Shown: piece by piece, positions 9,288-19,119 of the stretch
Position numbering within the stretch: position 1 is the first letter of the stretch
How the letters are laid out: every line of letters begins with the position of its first letter
Assembly: GCA_020724885.1 (NCBI GenBank)
Contig: DYGD01000001.1
Location: forward strand, 7,018 to 65,839
Length of the DNA stretch: 58,822 nt
Origin: Candidatus Paceibacter sp.
Lineage (GTDB): Bacteria > Patescibacteriota > Minisyncoccia > Phycocordibacterales > BOKC01
Direction of reading: 5' to 3'
Notes under the pieces: generated by a model
What the model saw: only the letters and a program-made list of their open reading frames with translations
Told to the model about the DNA's origin: nothing
Databases searched by the model: none
Position numbers and translations under genes: made by a program

Positions 9288-9875
9288 TTATTCATCAACA
9301 CCAAATCTCCGGTAATCAAAAATTGGAGGATTTTTACCAAACCAATGATTGATTTCGTGCTGAGCCTCTTCAGGGGTTTCCGAGCAGTGAAGAATGTTGG
9401 CGATTGCCCGCTTCTCTTTGTTGGCGATTGCCGGTGAATCAATTGAAAAATCACCCCGAATCGTACCCATGTCAGCCAGATATGGCATCGTGGGGCCGGC
9501 AATTTTCCGAACCACATCAACGGCATGTATCCCTTGCACCACCATACGAACCAGTGGCGCCGAAATCATGTAGTTGATAAGCCAGTTTCTGATTTCCGGA
9601 CCAATTTTCGCCGCCTCTGTTGTGCCAAAATCACTTTCGGCGTCAAGGTTGTATTTTTGATAAGTTGCCAAGGTCTTCTCACCCAAGCGGGTTATCCAAG
9701 CGCTGTCCTTCGGGTAGTGATTGTCAATCTGCTCGCGAGTCGGCTGAAACATTTCAATCGCCACAATTTTCAAATCGCGCTGTTCAAAACGTCGAATAAT
9801 TTCTCCGGTTAAACCCTTGCGCACTCCGTCGGGTTTTATTAAAACAAAAGTTTGTTCTTTTTTTAAAGCAGACAT
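9288..9875 (-). CDS. ndk: nucleoside diphosphate kinase
   Basis: EQTFVLIKPDGV, GTIRGDF and N.LHCS motifs. Confidence 0.95.
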   Translation of the reverse strand: MSALKKEQTFVLIKPDGVRKGLTGEIIRRFEQRDLKIVAIEMFQPTREQIDNHYPKDSAWITRLGEKTLATYQKYNLDAESDFGTTEAAKIGPEIRNWLINYMISAPLVRMVVQGIHAVDVVRKIAGPTMPYLADMGTIRGDFSIDSPAIANKEKRAIANILHCSETPEEAQHEINHWFGKNPPIFDYRRFGVDE

Positions 9876-10013
9876 AATCCTAATCTACAAATTCACCCTC
9901 CTAACTTTCTAAGAAAGTTTGGCGGGTAAATGCCGATCTACTAATATAATGACTACGAATAATTGAAGTAGTATAACTAAACCAATAAAAAATAGCAAAG
10001 CAAAACTAAAAAC

Positions 10014-10053
10014 CTCTGCCATCAATCTGGCGATCGTCAGATTGATGACAGAG
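10014..10053. repeat. 40 bp near-perfect palindrome with CGATCG core
   Basis: CTCTGCCATCAATCTGGCGA|TCGTCAGATTGATGACAGAG, two mismatches. Confidence 0.8.
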
Positions 10054-10077
10054 TATAAATAATCAAAAAGGGATAGA

Positions 10078-10845
10078 TCAATCTTTAGTTAAAACAATCG
10101 GCCCGGTTTCAGTAATAGCTACCGTATGCTCAAAGTGGGCGCATCTTTGGCGGTCTTTGGTGCGGATGGTCCAACCGTCGCGCTCCAAAAAAATATCGCC
10201 GTTGCCGAGGCAGAGCATCGGCTCAATCGCTAAAACCATTCCAACTTTCAATTCTTCCCCTTGACCGCGCTTTCCGGTATTAGGCACTAGTGGATCTTCA
10301 TGAACCTTATAACCAACACCATGGCCAGCCAACCCTCTGGCAACACTGAAACCATATTTTTTAGCGACACTCTCTATCGCAAAGCCGATGTCGCCGATAA
10401 AGTTCCCGTGGCGGGCAACAGATATGCCAGCTTCCAAACATTCTCTGGTGGCTTTAAGCAGAACTTTTGACTGTTGGTCAATCTTGCCAACCGGCGCGGT
10501 AGTCGCCGAATCGGTTATCAAGCCCTTGTGAACAAGACCCATATCAATACTCACAATGTCGCCGTCTCTTAATCTTTTCTCGGAAGAGGGCAGTCCGTGC
10601 ACCAATTCTTCGTTGACAGAGACACAAAGAGTCGCTGGATATGGCTTGCTGTCTTTATCAGGACTATAATCTAAAAAAGCCGGCCGATCACCAGCTTCGC
10701 TGATTAAGTTAAAAGCTAGTTCGTCCAGATCTTTAGTGCTGACTCCGGGAGCAACGGCTTTTTTGACTTCATTAAGAATTCCTGCCAGCCGCCGGCCGCT
10801 TTCACGCAAAACTTCTATTTCTTCTTTGGTTTTGATTAGGGACAA
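10078..10845 (-). CDS. map: methionine aminopeptidase type I
   Basis: CVSVNEE.VHG.P, GHGVG..VHEDP, AIEPM and AHFEHT motifs. Confidence 0.96.
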   Translation of the reverse strand: MSLIKTKEEIEVLRESGRRLAGILNEVKKAVAPGVSTKDLDELAFNLISEAGDRPAFLDYSPDKDSKPYPATLCVSVNEELVHGLPSSEKRLRDGDIVSIDMGLVHKGLITDSATTAPVGKIDQQSKVLLKATRECLEAGISVARHGNFIGDIGFAIESVAKKYGFSVARGLAGHGVGYKVHEDPLVPNTGKRGQGEELKVGMVLAIEPMLCLGNGDIFLERDGWTIRTKDRQRCAHFEHTVAITETGPIVLTKD

Positions 10846-10855
10846 TTGGCAAAAA

Positions 10856-11437
10856 TTAAATTCCAGAACTTTGGATTATCTCTTTATGAACCTCTTCTAT
10901 CGGTTGTTCGCCGTTTACTTCAAAGAAAAAATAGTCGGGGTTGTCCCTGAAAAAATCAACAGAAGGGGCGACCTCTTTTTCATACCAATCTAGCCGACTA
11001 TTAATGTATTCTTCGGAGTCATCTTTCCGACCTCTGGATTTCAATCTCTCCAACGACCATCCGCGAGAAACATTAAGCGAGATAACAAAAGGTTTGCCAA
11101 GATTATAGAATTTCAAAGCAGAATCTAAGACGGGCGCCTCGTAAGGCCGGCGACAAAGACCATCGAGGATCAGAACTTCCGCGCCAGTAAATTGTTCATT
11201 CAGGTTTGTGGTCCAAAGCCAAATTGGCAAAAAGGCGGGCAATAAACCGCCCTTATCTATAATCGCCTTTGTCAAATGGCTGGTGTGGGTGTCGGTTTTG
11301 ATAAATTCCCTTATCTTTTGACCGGTCTCAATGTAGATCGTTTTTTTATTTTTTTGATTTTCCAAATAATCAATCAGTAACTTGGCTTGAGTGCCTTTGC
11401 CCGATCCGGAAGGGCCAAAAAAAAGGAAAGTGTGCAT
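10856..11437 (-). CDS. adk: adenylate kinase (short LID)
   Basis: GPSGSGKGTQA P-loop, ILDG..R and RGRKDD; follows secY. Confidence 0.9.
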   Translation of the reverse strand: MHTFLFFGPSGSGKGTQAKLLIDYLENQKNKKTIYIETGQKIREFIKTDTHTSHLTKAIIDKGGLLPAFLPIWLWTTNLNEQFTGAEVLILDGLCRRPYEAPVLDSALKFYNLGKPFVISLNVSRGWSLERLKSRGRKDDSEEYINSRLDWYEKEVAPSVDFFRDNPDYFFFEVNGEQPIEEVHKEIIQSSGI

Positions 11438-11452
11438 ACTTAATTGGTTTTT

Positions 11453-12724
11453 CTAATATTCTCGCGCGGTGATTTGCGCTTCTACTTTCTTAATAAGATC
11501 AATAACTACGGAAACTACGATGAGCAATCCCGTGCCGCCGATGGCAAAAGCTGTCACATCAGTAAGCGCCACCATCACAAGAGGCAGAACAGCGATAATT
11601 CCCAAAAACATCGCGCCGACTAAAGTCAATCTGGTTAAAATCCTCGCAATGTAAGATGAAGTATTTTCGCCTGGTCGCACCCCGGGTATAAAAGCTCCAT
11701 TTTTCTGCAGGTGAGTCGCGGTGGTGTTTGGATCAAAGGTAACTGCTGTGTAAAAATATGTAAAGACAAAAACCAAACCAAAATAAACAGTGGCGTAGAT
11801 CCATGGCTGTTCCACAATCCTCAACAAAATTCCAGCTATATTCTGGATCGAGACGCTGTTTACACTACCCAAAAAGTTCAAAATCATCTGCGGAAAAAGC
11901 AGAATTGATAAAGCAAAAATTATAGGAATAACTCCGGCTTGGTTAAGACGAAGGGGTAAATATGTTGAAATTCCCCCAAAAACCTTTGACCCTCTGATCC
12001 TTTTGGCGTAAGTAATTGGAATAGGGCGTTCCGCTTCGGTGATATAGACAACCCCATAAGTTATAGCTAGAGCAGCCGCTAAAGCAGCCAGATAAACCGG
12101 TATTTGCGCCGGTTCAAAGGTGAACAAAAGTTGGGAAACGGTAGCCGGCAAAACCGCCACAATTCCAGCAAAGATAATTATGGAGACACCATTACCAATT
12201 CCAAATTCTGAAATAAGTTCGCCAATCCAAGTTAGAAGAATTGACCCAGCGGCAATTATAATAACATTGATTATCTGTTCGGATAAAGTCATTTCACTTA
12301 AAACCCCCTGGGCCCTAAGAAAAGCCAAAAATCCGAAACCTTGAATCAAAGCCAGTGGCACGGTCAACAACCTAGAATACTGGTTGAATTTTTTTCTGCC
12401 GGCTTCGCCCTCTTCTTGGTACAGAGCTTTCAACTTCGGTGACATTATTGTCAAGAGTTGCATAATAATTGAGGCAGTAATATAAGGAGCGACCCCTAGC
12501 ATCACAATTGAAAGGTTCGCCAAACCGCCTCCGGAAAAGATATTTAAGAGGCCTAGGAATTGATTATCAGATAGAAATCTTTCCAATTGAAAAGTGTCAA
12601 CTCCAGGTATTGGTATAGATGACATCATTCTGAAAACAACCAAAGCGCCAAGAACAAAAAAAATCCTTTTTCGCAAGATCTTGTCCTGAAAGATAAGTTT
12701 TAACTTTGAACTAAAACCTTCCAT
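11453..12724 (-). CDS. secY: preprotein translocase SecY
   Basis: LGVAPYITASIIMQLL, GIGNGVS and FIPGVRPG motifs. Confidence 0.98.
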   Translation of the reverse strand: MEGFSSKLKLIFQDKILRKRIFFVLGALVVFRMMSSIPIPGVDTFQLERFLSDNQFLGLLNIFSGGGLANLSIVMLGVAPYITASIIMQLLTIMSPKLKALYQEEGEAGRKKFNQYSRLLTVPLALIQGFGFLAFLRAQGVLSEMTLSEQIINVIIIAAGSILLTWIGELISEFGIGNGVSIIIFAGIVAVLPATVSQLLFTFEPAQIPVYLAALAAALAITYGVVYITEAERPIPITYAKRIRGSKVFGGISTYLPLRLNQAGVIPIIFALSILLFPQMILNFLGSVNSVSIQNIAGILLRIVEQPWIYATVYFGLVFVFTYFYTAVTFDPNTTATHLQKNGAFIPGVRPGENTSSYIARILTRLTLVGAMFLGIIAVLPLVMVALTDVTAFAIGGTGLLIVVSVVIDLIKKVEAQITAREY

Positions 12725-12729
12725 AAAAT

Positions 12730-13161
12730 TTAGACCTTAATTTGACCGCCGGCTTCTTCAATCGCTTTCTGGGCAGATTTTGAAAAAAGGCAACCCGAAA
12801 GTGTTATTTTCTTTGTTAGCGTTCCGTTGGACAAAACCTTGAGGACACCTCGTGATTCTGAAACACTAACTAGTCCCTTTTTAAACAAAGAATCTGGACT
12901 GACTTCTTCCCCATCAGCAAATTCACTTTCAATATCCTGCAGAGAAATTACCAGAGGACTTTCTTTAAAACTTTTAAAACGATATCCTCTCCTTTTGGGC
13001 AGTCTTTTTATTATATCTCTCATCTCCGGTCTCATCTTTCTTCCAGCCCTTGCTTTTTGACCCTTGGTGCCTCGTCCGGAGGTCTTCCCGCGCTTGCCAC
13101 CACGACCAACCTGCCTTGACTTTTTTCTTTGAGTTTTTGATTTTAAATTATGAAATTGCAT
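12730..13161 (-). CDS. rplO: 50S ribosomal protein L15
   Basis: GRGGKRGKTSGRGTKGQKAR and RLPKR motifs. Confidence 0.96.
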   Translation of the reverse strand: MQFHNLKSKTQRKKSRQVGRGGKRGKTSGRGTKGQKARAGRKMRPEMRDIIKRLPKRRGYRFKSFKESPLVISLQDIESEFADGEEVSPDSLFKKGLVSVSESRGVLKVLSNGTLTKKITLSGCLFSKSAQKAIEEAGGQIKV

Positions 13162-13169
13162 ATTGAATA

Positions 13170-13739
13170 TTACTTTATTTTTGAAAAAGCATTTATGGCC
13201 GCCTTGGCGTTGTTTAGCTTGTTTTTGCTTCCAGAAACAATTTTGGCATTAATGTTTCTGACCCCAGCCAACTCAACCACATCCCTTACAGAACTTCCGG
13301 CCAAAACCCCTTTGCCAGATGCCGGCATCATAATAACTTTTGAACTGCAGGATTTTCCTTTGACAGGATAGGGAATAGATAATTCTTGGTTTAACGATAT
13401 GTTTATAAGATTTTTCTTGGCATCTCGGTAGGCCTTTTCAATAGCAACCGGGGTTTCTGTCGCCTTTCCTAGACCAACGCCCACGGAACCTTTGCGGTTA
13501 CCGGCAACTAGAGCCACGCTAAAACTGAATCTTCTGCCCCCTGAAACAACCCGAGCAACGCGTCTAATATCTATTATCTTTTGCTCAAATTCCGGTTTGG
13601 GTCTACCGACCCTTTCATTTTTCTCATGACGCCTTCTTCGATTCTTCACAAAACCACCGGAGCTTTTTTCCGCCTTGCCGATTGGGGTTGCCACTGGTCC
13701 CCTTTTTTGATTTTGTTGTTGTCCTGTTTCTTTTTCCAT
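13170..13739 (-). CDS. rpsE: 30S ribosomal protein S5
   Basis: RVARVVSGGRRFSF and G.VGVGLGKA motifs. Confidence 0.97.
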   Translation of the reverse strand: MEKETGQQQNQKRGPVATPIGKAEKSSGGFVKNRRRRHEKNERVGRPKPEFEQKIIDIRRVARVVSGGRRFSFSVALVAGNRKGSVGVGLGKATETPVAIEKAYRDAKKNLINISLNQELSIPYPVKGKSCSSKVIMMPASGKGVLAGSSVRDVVELAGVRNINAKIVSGSKNKLNNAKAAINAFSKIK

Positions 13740-13754
13740 ATTCCAGAAGTTAAA

Positions 13755-14099
13755 TTAAAATTCCAAGCCGCCCTCCCTAAGACCGTCTGCTAAAGCTTTT
13801 ATCTTACCGCCATAAAGATAACCCCCTCTGTCAAAAACAACCTTGGAAATTTTTTTCTTTTTTGCTTCTTCGGCTAACAACCTGCCGGTCTCTTTGGCCC
13901 TTTCGGACGGCTTCACGTCTTTTGTCTTTTTTGAATTGATTGAAACCAACGTCTTACCGCTTTGGTCATCAATAATTTGAGCGTAAACATATTGGTTTGA
14001 ACGAAAAACACTGACTCTTGGTCGAGTATTTGTGCCTGAAATTTTTGACCGGATCTTCCTATGTCGCCTCTCAATTTGTGACATTTTCTTCATAATCAA
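13755..14099 (-). CDS. rplR: 50S ribosomal protein L18
   Basis: [10 protein letters not shown] and [10 protein letters not shown] motifs. Confidence 0.97.
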   Translation of the reverse strand: MIMKKMSQIERRHRKIRSKISGTNTRPRVSVFRSNQYVYAQIIDDQSGKTLVSINSKKTKDVKPSERAKETGRLLAEEAKKKKISKVVFDRGGYLYGGKIKALADGLREGGLEF

Positions 14100-14113
14100 A
14101 TTCTAGCTAAAAA

Positions 14114-14653
14114 TTAAGCAGATTTTTTACCCTGTTTCCTTCTAATATGTTCGCCCTCGTAATGAATACCCTTTCCTTTATAAGGTTCGGGTTTTTTGAC
14201 AGATCTAACTTTGGCGGCAAATTGACCAACCAATTCCTTATCAAACCCGGACACCGTTATGACATTTTTTTCCGCAGAAACTTTAAGCCCGTCCGGAACA
14301 GCAATTTCAACCGGATGAGAGAATCCGACATTCAACACAAGAACATTGCCTTTGATTTCTGCTTTGAAACCAACCCCCTCAATTCCAAGCTTTTTTTCAA
14401 ATCCGCCGTTCACGCCAGCTATCATATTAGAAATATGGGAAGCATAAGTCCCCCACAAAATTCGGCTAAATTGATCACCCTTAGCCGGTTCTAATTTGAT
14501 AGTTTTTTCTTCCGTAGACACTAATATACTGACATTATCTTTGAATTTCCTCGCAGTTTCACCCTTCGGACCCTTCACGGTCAAGAGACCGTCTTCTAAA
14601 CTGACGGCGGTGTCTTGGGGTATGATTATTGTTTTTTTGCCTATTCTGGACAT
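14114..14653 (-). CDS. rplF: 50S ribosomal protein L6
   Basis: MSRIGKK start at 14653; PEPYKGKGI motif. Confidence 0.97.
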   Translation of the reverse strand: MSRIGKKTIIIPQDTAVSLEDGLLTVKGPKGETARKFKDNVSILVSTEEKTIKLEPAKGDQFSRILWGTYASHISNMIAGVNGGFEKKLGIEGVGFKAEIKGNVLVLNVGFSHPVEIAVPDGLKVSAEKNVITVSGFDKELVGQFAAKVRSVKKPEPYKGKGIHYEGEHIRRKQGKKSA

Positions 14654-14669
14654 TTTCTTATTTAGATAA

Positions 14670-15059
14670 TCACCAAATGCGAAACAGGGCTTCGCCTCCA
14701 CTTCTTTCTTTCGCCGCCTCCCGATCTGTCATCAAACCTTTTGAGGTGCTGAGAATCAGACGTCCGCGACCCTTCCTGCCGGAAGCCAGTTCTTTGTTTT
14801 TTAAATAAACTCTTTTAGAAAATTTTGAAATTCTCTCTACCCCGTTTATTTTCGGGCCATGACTATCGTAAGAAATTTCAAATTCTATAAACCGGCTGAC
14901 TGGGTCTTTTCCTTTAGTGCTTAATTTCTGGATAAACCCTTCTCTTTCTAAGATCTTCGCTAACTCAAACTTGATTTTTGAATACGGGACAGAGACCGGA
15001 CGGATATCCGCATCGGCTGCATTTTTTATTTTGACGATAAAATCAGATATCGGGTCCAT
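14670..15059 (-). CDS. rpsH: 30S ribosomal protein S8
   Basis: MDPISDF, ILSTSKGLMT and GGE motifs. Confidence 0.96.
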   Translation of the reverse strand: MDPISDFIVKIKNAADADIRPVSVPYSKIKFELAKILEREGFIQKLSTKGKDPVSRFIEFEISYDSHGPKINGVERISKFSKRVYLKNKELASGRKGRGRLILSTSKGLMTDREAAKERSGGEALFRIW

Positions 15060-15068
15060 AAATTAAAA

Positions 15069-15254
15069 TTACCAGCTTGACTTCTTTATACCTGGCAGCA
15101 TTCCCTCATTGGCCAATTCTCTAAAACAGATTCTGCAAAGATCAAAATCTCTCATATATCCGCGGCAACGACCACAGACAAAACAACGCCGGACTTTCCT
15201 GGTCGAGAATTTCGGTTTTTTCTTTGATTTTGCGATTTGCGCGGCGGTTGCCAT
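15069..15254 (-). CDS. rpsN: 30S ribosomal protein S14 (zinc-binding type Z)
   Basis: RC..CGR and [10 protein letters not shown]...PG.KKSSW motifs. Confidence 0.97.
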   Translation of the reverse strand: MATAAQIAKSKKKPKFSTRKVRRCFVCGRCRGYMRDFDLCRICFRELANEGMLPGIKKSSW

Positions 15255-15263
15255 GATAGATTT

Positions 15264-15401
15264 TTAAGGAGTGAAACGACTAAAAAAATCATCACCCTGT
15301 AAAATCGAAATTCCTTTGGAATTTCGGAGATTTGAGCTTTAGCTCAAATCTATTTAACAGGGTTGTGAAAATTATAGTAGCTCGCTATACTCGCTCCTTA
15401 A
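15264..15401. repeat. nested palindromic element, copy 1
   Basis: Outer TTAAGGAGTGA/TCGCTCCTTAA, inner ACCCTGT/ACAGGGT and two internal hairpins. Confidence 0.85.
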
Positions 15402-15658
15402 TTTTTTACAAAAATCAGCTCTAAACGAGCTCTCAAAAGAATAGCAGAAAGCGAATTAAAGTCAAATGAAAAAAGAACTCTCTGTTTCCTAAAAAAGTAG
15501 GGGCGGGCCCTGTTTTTTAATTTTCAAAAGAAAATTTTGTTAGTTTTAAAAATATTTCTTTAGATTTAGAAAAAAGATTTTTCCCTAGTCCAAAAATGTT
15601 CAACACCAGGCGTTGAACATTTTTTGTTCTCTAAACCATAGTAGCTAGTGGCTATACC

Positions 15659-16195
15659 TTACTTTTTAAAAGGCACGCCTATATGTCTGAAAAATACCTC
15701 GGCTTCTTTTCTGTTGCGAGCGGTGGAAACAATAGTGATCGCCATACCAAAAACATCTTTCAAATCCTCGTCGGCGGTCTCCGGAAAAATAGTGTGTTCT
15801 TTGATGCCAAAGGTTAAATTCCCCATTTCATCCAATACATTCAAGGGAATCCCTTTGAAGTCCTTGGACCTCGGGAGAGCAATGCGAATGAATCTTTCCA
15901 AAAAATCTCTCATTCTTCTGCCTCTTAAAGTTACCTTTAATCCAACCACATCTCCCTGGCGGGACTTAAAATTGGCAATGGAAATTTTGGCCGGTCGGGG
16001 CGATGGTTTTTGGCCGGTAATTTTCGCCAAACGGTCCTCAATCAATTCCAGTTTTTTCTTGTCTTTGAGTGAACCAACTCCAACATTCAAAACAACTTTG
16101 ACGAGCTTCGGCGCCTGCATTCTGTTCTTATAACCGCCCTCATCTTTGGTCGCAATAAAAGTTTCTTTTATTCTTTTTTCAATAACGGTTGTCAT
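15659..16195 (-). CDS. rplE: 50S ribosomal protein L5
   Basis: PKLVKVVLNVGVG, ITGQKP, G.KVTLRG and LPRSKDFKG motifs. Confidence 0.97.
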   Translation of the reverse strand: MTTVIEKRIKETFIATKDEGGYKNRMQAPKLVKVVLNVGVGSLKDKKKLELIEDRLAKITGQKPSPRPAKISIANFKSRQGDVVGLKVTLRGRRMRDFLERFIRIALPRSKDFKGIPLNVLDEMGNLTFGIKEHTIFPETADEDLKDVFGMAITIVSTARNRKEAEVFFRHIGVPFKK

Positions 16196-16209
16196 AAATA
16201 AATTTAAAT

Positions 16210-16518
16210 TTAATCAATCAACTGACCGCTTTTTATGGCATATCTTTTCATCTTTTCACCCTCCAATCGTCGGCCGATTCTGGTCGGTTTTTGGCTTTTG
16301 GGATCAACAACCATAACATTAGAAATGTGGGTTGGCATACTTTTCTCTACAACTTGGCCTTTTTGACCTTGCTTTCTCGGTCTTTGGTGCGACTTAAAAA
16401 GATTCAGGCCTGGGATAATGACCTTGTTTACTTTCGGAAAGACCCTGCCGACTTTACCGGTTTTTCCTCTGTCTTTGCCAGCGATTATTTGGACTGTGTC
16501 TCCTTTTTTTATTTTCAT
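16210..16518 (-). CDS. rplX: 50S ribosomal protein L24
   Basis: IKKGDTV.IIAGKDRGKTG and HISNV motifs. Confidence 0.97.
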   Translation of the reverse strand: MKIKKGDTVQIIAGKDRGKTGKVGRVFPKVNKVIIPGLNLFKSHQRPRKQGQKGQVVEKSMPTHISNVMVVDPKSQKPTRIGRRLEGEKMKRYAIKSGQLID

Positions 16519-16532
16519 GGCTGATTTTTCTT

Positions 16533-16662
16533 ATGAGCGAAGCGAATTTGAAATAATCGCCACCCTGTTAAATAAAAATTTCTTGAATTTTTAGAATTCT
16601 GCTTTGCAAAATTCTATTTAACAGGGTTAAGAAAAAAATATTCACTCGCTTTACTCGTTCAT
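16533..16662. repeat. nested palindromic element, copy 2
   Basis: Outer ATGAGCGA/TCGTTCAT, inner ACCCTGTTAAATA/TATTTAACAGGGT and two internal hairpins. Confidence 0.85.
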
Positions 16663-16669
16663 TATTTTT

Positions 16670-17041
16670 CTAAATCACTTCCGGCGCCAAAGAAATAATT
16701 TTCTGAAAACCGCGTTCGCCAATCTCTCTAGGGATCGGACCGAAAATTCTTCCGGCAATCGGTTCATTTTTTTCTTTTTCCAAGACCACCACAGCGTTAT
16801 CATCAAAACTTACGTAGGAACCATCAGAACGTCGGAATGGCTTCTTCTGCCTTACTACCACCGCCCTCAAAACATCTTTCTTTTTGACTGATTTTCTAGG
16901 TTCAGCTTTCTGCACCGATAAAACCAAAATGTCTCCGATCCGAGCATATCGGCGCTTGCTACCTCCCAAAATCTTAAAGACACGCCCTATTTTGGCTCCT
17001 GAATTATCAGCAATATTTACTAATGAGCGTGGTTGTAACAT
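16670..17041 (-). CDS. rplN: 50S ribosomal protein L14
   Basis: ADNSGAK, FDDNAVV, RIFGP and SLAPEV motifs. Confidence 0.98.
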   Translation of the reverse strand: MLQPRSLVNIADNSGAKIGRVFKILGGSKRRYARIGDILVLSVQKAEPRKSVKKKDVLRAVVVRQKKPFRRSDGSYVSFDDNAVVVLEKEKNEPIAGRIFGPIPREIGERGFQKIISLAPEVI

Positions 17042-17058
17042 GGTTTATTTTTCTTAAC

Positions 17059-17150
17059 GAGCGAAGCGAATTTGAAATAATCGCCACCCGCCTAAATTTT
17101 TACAAAGTAAAAACCTTGGCGGGTTGTGTAATTCATAATCGCTTCGCTTC
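17059..17150. repeat. nested palindromic element, copy 3
   Basis: GAGCGAAGCGA/TCGCTTCGCTTC arms with inner ACCCGCC/GGCGGGT; 31 bp identical to copy 2. Confidence 0.85.
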
Positions 17151-17399
17151 TTGAATTACTACAAAATGTTTATCTTTCGATATCGGTTTACACTCCTGGA
17201 TTGAAACCTTGTCGCCGATCTTTCTTTTATTACCAACATCGTGGGCTTTAAACTTCTTGCTTATCCTGACATATTTGCCGAATCTCGGATGTTTAACAAG
17301 TCGATCTATCCTGACCACAATTGTATCTTTCATCTTTTCAGAAACCACAACCCCCGACAGAATTCGCCCTCGTATTTTTTTATTATTTTCTTTTTCCAT
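17133..17399 (-). CDS. rpsQ: 30S ribosomal protein S17
   Basis: G.VVS.KM..TIVV, KFKAHD and ECKPISK.K motifs. Confidence 0.97.
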   Translation of the reverse strand: MEKENNKKIRGRILSGVVVSEKMKDTIVVRIDRLVKHPRFGKYVRISKKFKAHDVGNKRKIGDKVSIQECKPISKDKHFVVIQEAKRL

Positions 17400-17404
17400 G
17401 AGAG

Positions 17405-17605
17405 CTATTTATTAACATTAATCGCTCTTTTGCGCAACTCTGTAAGAATTCTAGCGATTTCTTTCTTAAGATCACGACCTTCTTTGGTATTTCTGGTCTT
17501 GCCACCAGCTATACCAAAACGAAAATTGCGGAGCGCTTCTTTCTTCTCTTTCAAAGATTTATTTAAATCGTCATTATTCTTTTTTGCCAAGTCCTGATAT
17601 TTCAT
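17405..17605 (-). CDS. rpmC: 50S ribosomal protein L29
   Basis: KKEIARILT motif and position in the operon. Confidence 0.92.
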   Translation of the reverse strand: MKYQDLAKKNNDDLNKSLKEKKEALRNFRFGIAGGKTRNTKEGRDLKKEIARILTELRKRAINVNK

Positions 17606-17617
17606 TTTTTATTATAT

Positions 17618-18034
17618 TTACCTTGAAACAATCTTCGTTTTGACAGGCAGTTTTGTCCCGCCTTTACGCAGAGCTTCAGAAGCAACCTCCGATGATACTC
17701 CGTCAACTTCAAAAAGAATCCGACCGGGTCTGACCTGGACTTGATATCCTTGGATATCACCCTTACCTTTGCCCATCTTCACCTCTGCCGGCTTCGCCGT
17801 AAAAGGCATATCAGGGAAAATTCTGATCCACATTTTCCCCGTCTTACCCAGCGCCCTGGAGATAACTTTTCTGGCCGATTCTATCTGATTTGATCTTATT
17901 CTGGCTGGAGTCATTGCTTTCAAACCAAAGGAACCAAAAGATACTTCCGTACCGCGCGTGGCAACCTTCAGCTTTTTAGGATTCTCTCGAAGAGTGTGCC
18001 ATTTTCTGTATTTTACTTTTTTGGGGAATAACAT
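17618..18034 (-). CDS. rplP: 50S ribosomal protein L16
   Basis: PKKVKYRK, WIRIFPD and KMGKGKG motifs. Confidence 0.98.
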   Translation of the reverse strand: MLFPKKVKYRKWHTLRENPKKLKVATRGTEVSFGSFGLKAMTPARIRSNQIESARKVISRALGKTGKMWIRIFPDMPFTAKPAEVKMGKGKGDIQGYQVQVRPGRILFEVDGVSSEVASEALRKGGTKLPVKTKIVSR

Positions 18035-18061
18035 AATTTCAAATTATTCTAATTGGTCTAT

Positions 18062-18730
18062 TTATTTCGGCGACTTGTCGGCAAAAATGTCTCCTTTATA
18101 AATCCAAACCTTTATCCCCAAATTGCCATAAGGCAAGGCCGCTTCTTGTCTAGCAAAATCGACATCAGCACGCAGTGTTTGCAAAGGAATGCGACCGGCT
18201 TTTTTGCTTTCTTTTCTAGACATAGTCGCCCCGCCCAACCTTCCGGAAAGCTGTATTTTTGCTCCCAAAACATCTCTATTAGCCATGACCTTGTCCAAGG
18301 TCTGCTTCAAAACTCGACGGAACGGCATCCTCTTCTCCAGACCTTCGGCTATCATCTGGCTTACGATTGTCGCGTTAGATTCCGGTGATTTTATCTCTCT
18401 TATATCAATTTTTATCTCTTGGTTCGTATCAAAACCAGCCCTTCTCAACTTGCTGATTATCTCTTCTTTTAACTTGATTGCCCCTTCTCCATTTCGGCCT
18501 ATAACTAGCCCCGGACGCGAAGTTTCAATAATTATTTTCAGAGCTTTTTGACCTCTCTCAATAAAAACATTGGAAACATAAAGACCTTTCAGTCGGCCTT
18601 TCAAATATTCCCTTATAAAAATATCACTTCTCAAAGATTCGGTGTATTTTTGTTTCAGGCCAAACCACTGAGATTTCCAATCTCTTAGAATCCCGAGACG
18701 ATGAGCATATGGATGTACATTGTGTGGCAT
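18062..18730 (-). CDS. rpsC: 30S ribosomal protein S3
   Basis: VHPYAHRLG, RPGLVIGR.G and GRIPLQTLRAD motifs; start at MPHNV (18730). Confidence 0.97.
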   Translation of the reverse strand: MPHNVHPYAHRLGILRDWKSQWFGLKQKYTESLRSDIFIREYLKGRLKGLYVSNVFIERGQKALKIIIETSRPGLVIGRNGEGAIKLKEEIISKLRRAGFDTNQEIKIDIREIKSPESNATIVSQMIAEGLEKRMPFRRVLKQTLDKVMANRDVLGAKIQLSGRLGGATMSRKESKKAGRIPLQTLRADVDFARQEAALPYGNLGIKVWIYKGDIFADKSPK

Positions 18731-18740
18731 AAAAAAGTGA

Positions 18741-19097
18741 TTAGGGGTTAGGGGTTCCTTGTTCTCGCTCTGCGAGAATAAGGGAAATGCGGCTGGTTCT
18801 CTTGCGAATCGGCATGGTTCGACCCCTGGCTCTAAATCGCCGGCGGTATAAAATTGCGCCTTCATCAACGGTAATTTTCTTAACAAACAAATTGCCAGCA
18901 TCAACTCCCAAACTTTTAGCATTGGCAATCGCAGAGTTCATCAGTTTTTTGACAGGGTCAGAAGCTCTCTTGTTCAAAAAATCCAACACCAGAAGGGCGT
19001 CTGACACGGCTTTGCCGCGCACAGCGCCGGCTACCAAACGGACTTTTCTGGGCGACTGCCGATACATATTCAATTTTGCGGTTATATCTTTCTTCAT
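18741..19097 (-). CDS. rplV: 50S ribosomal protein L22
   Basis: RQSPRKVRLVA, SAIANA and RARGR...IRKRTS motifs. Confidence 0.97.
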   Translation of the reverse strand: MKKDITAKLNMYRQSPRKVRLVAGAVRGKAVSDALLVLDFLNKRASDPVKKLMNSAIANAKSLGVDAGNLFVKKITVDEGAILYRRRFRARGRTMPIRKRTSRISLILAEREQGTPNP

Positions 19098-19119
19098 TTT
19101 TCAATTAAATAATTAGGTA

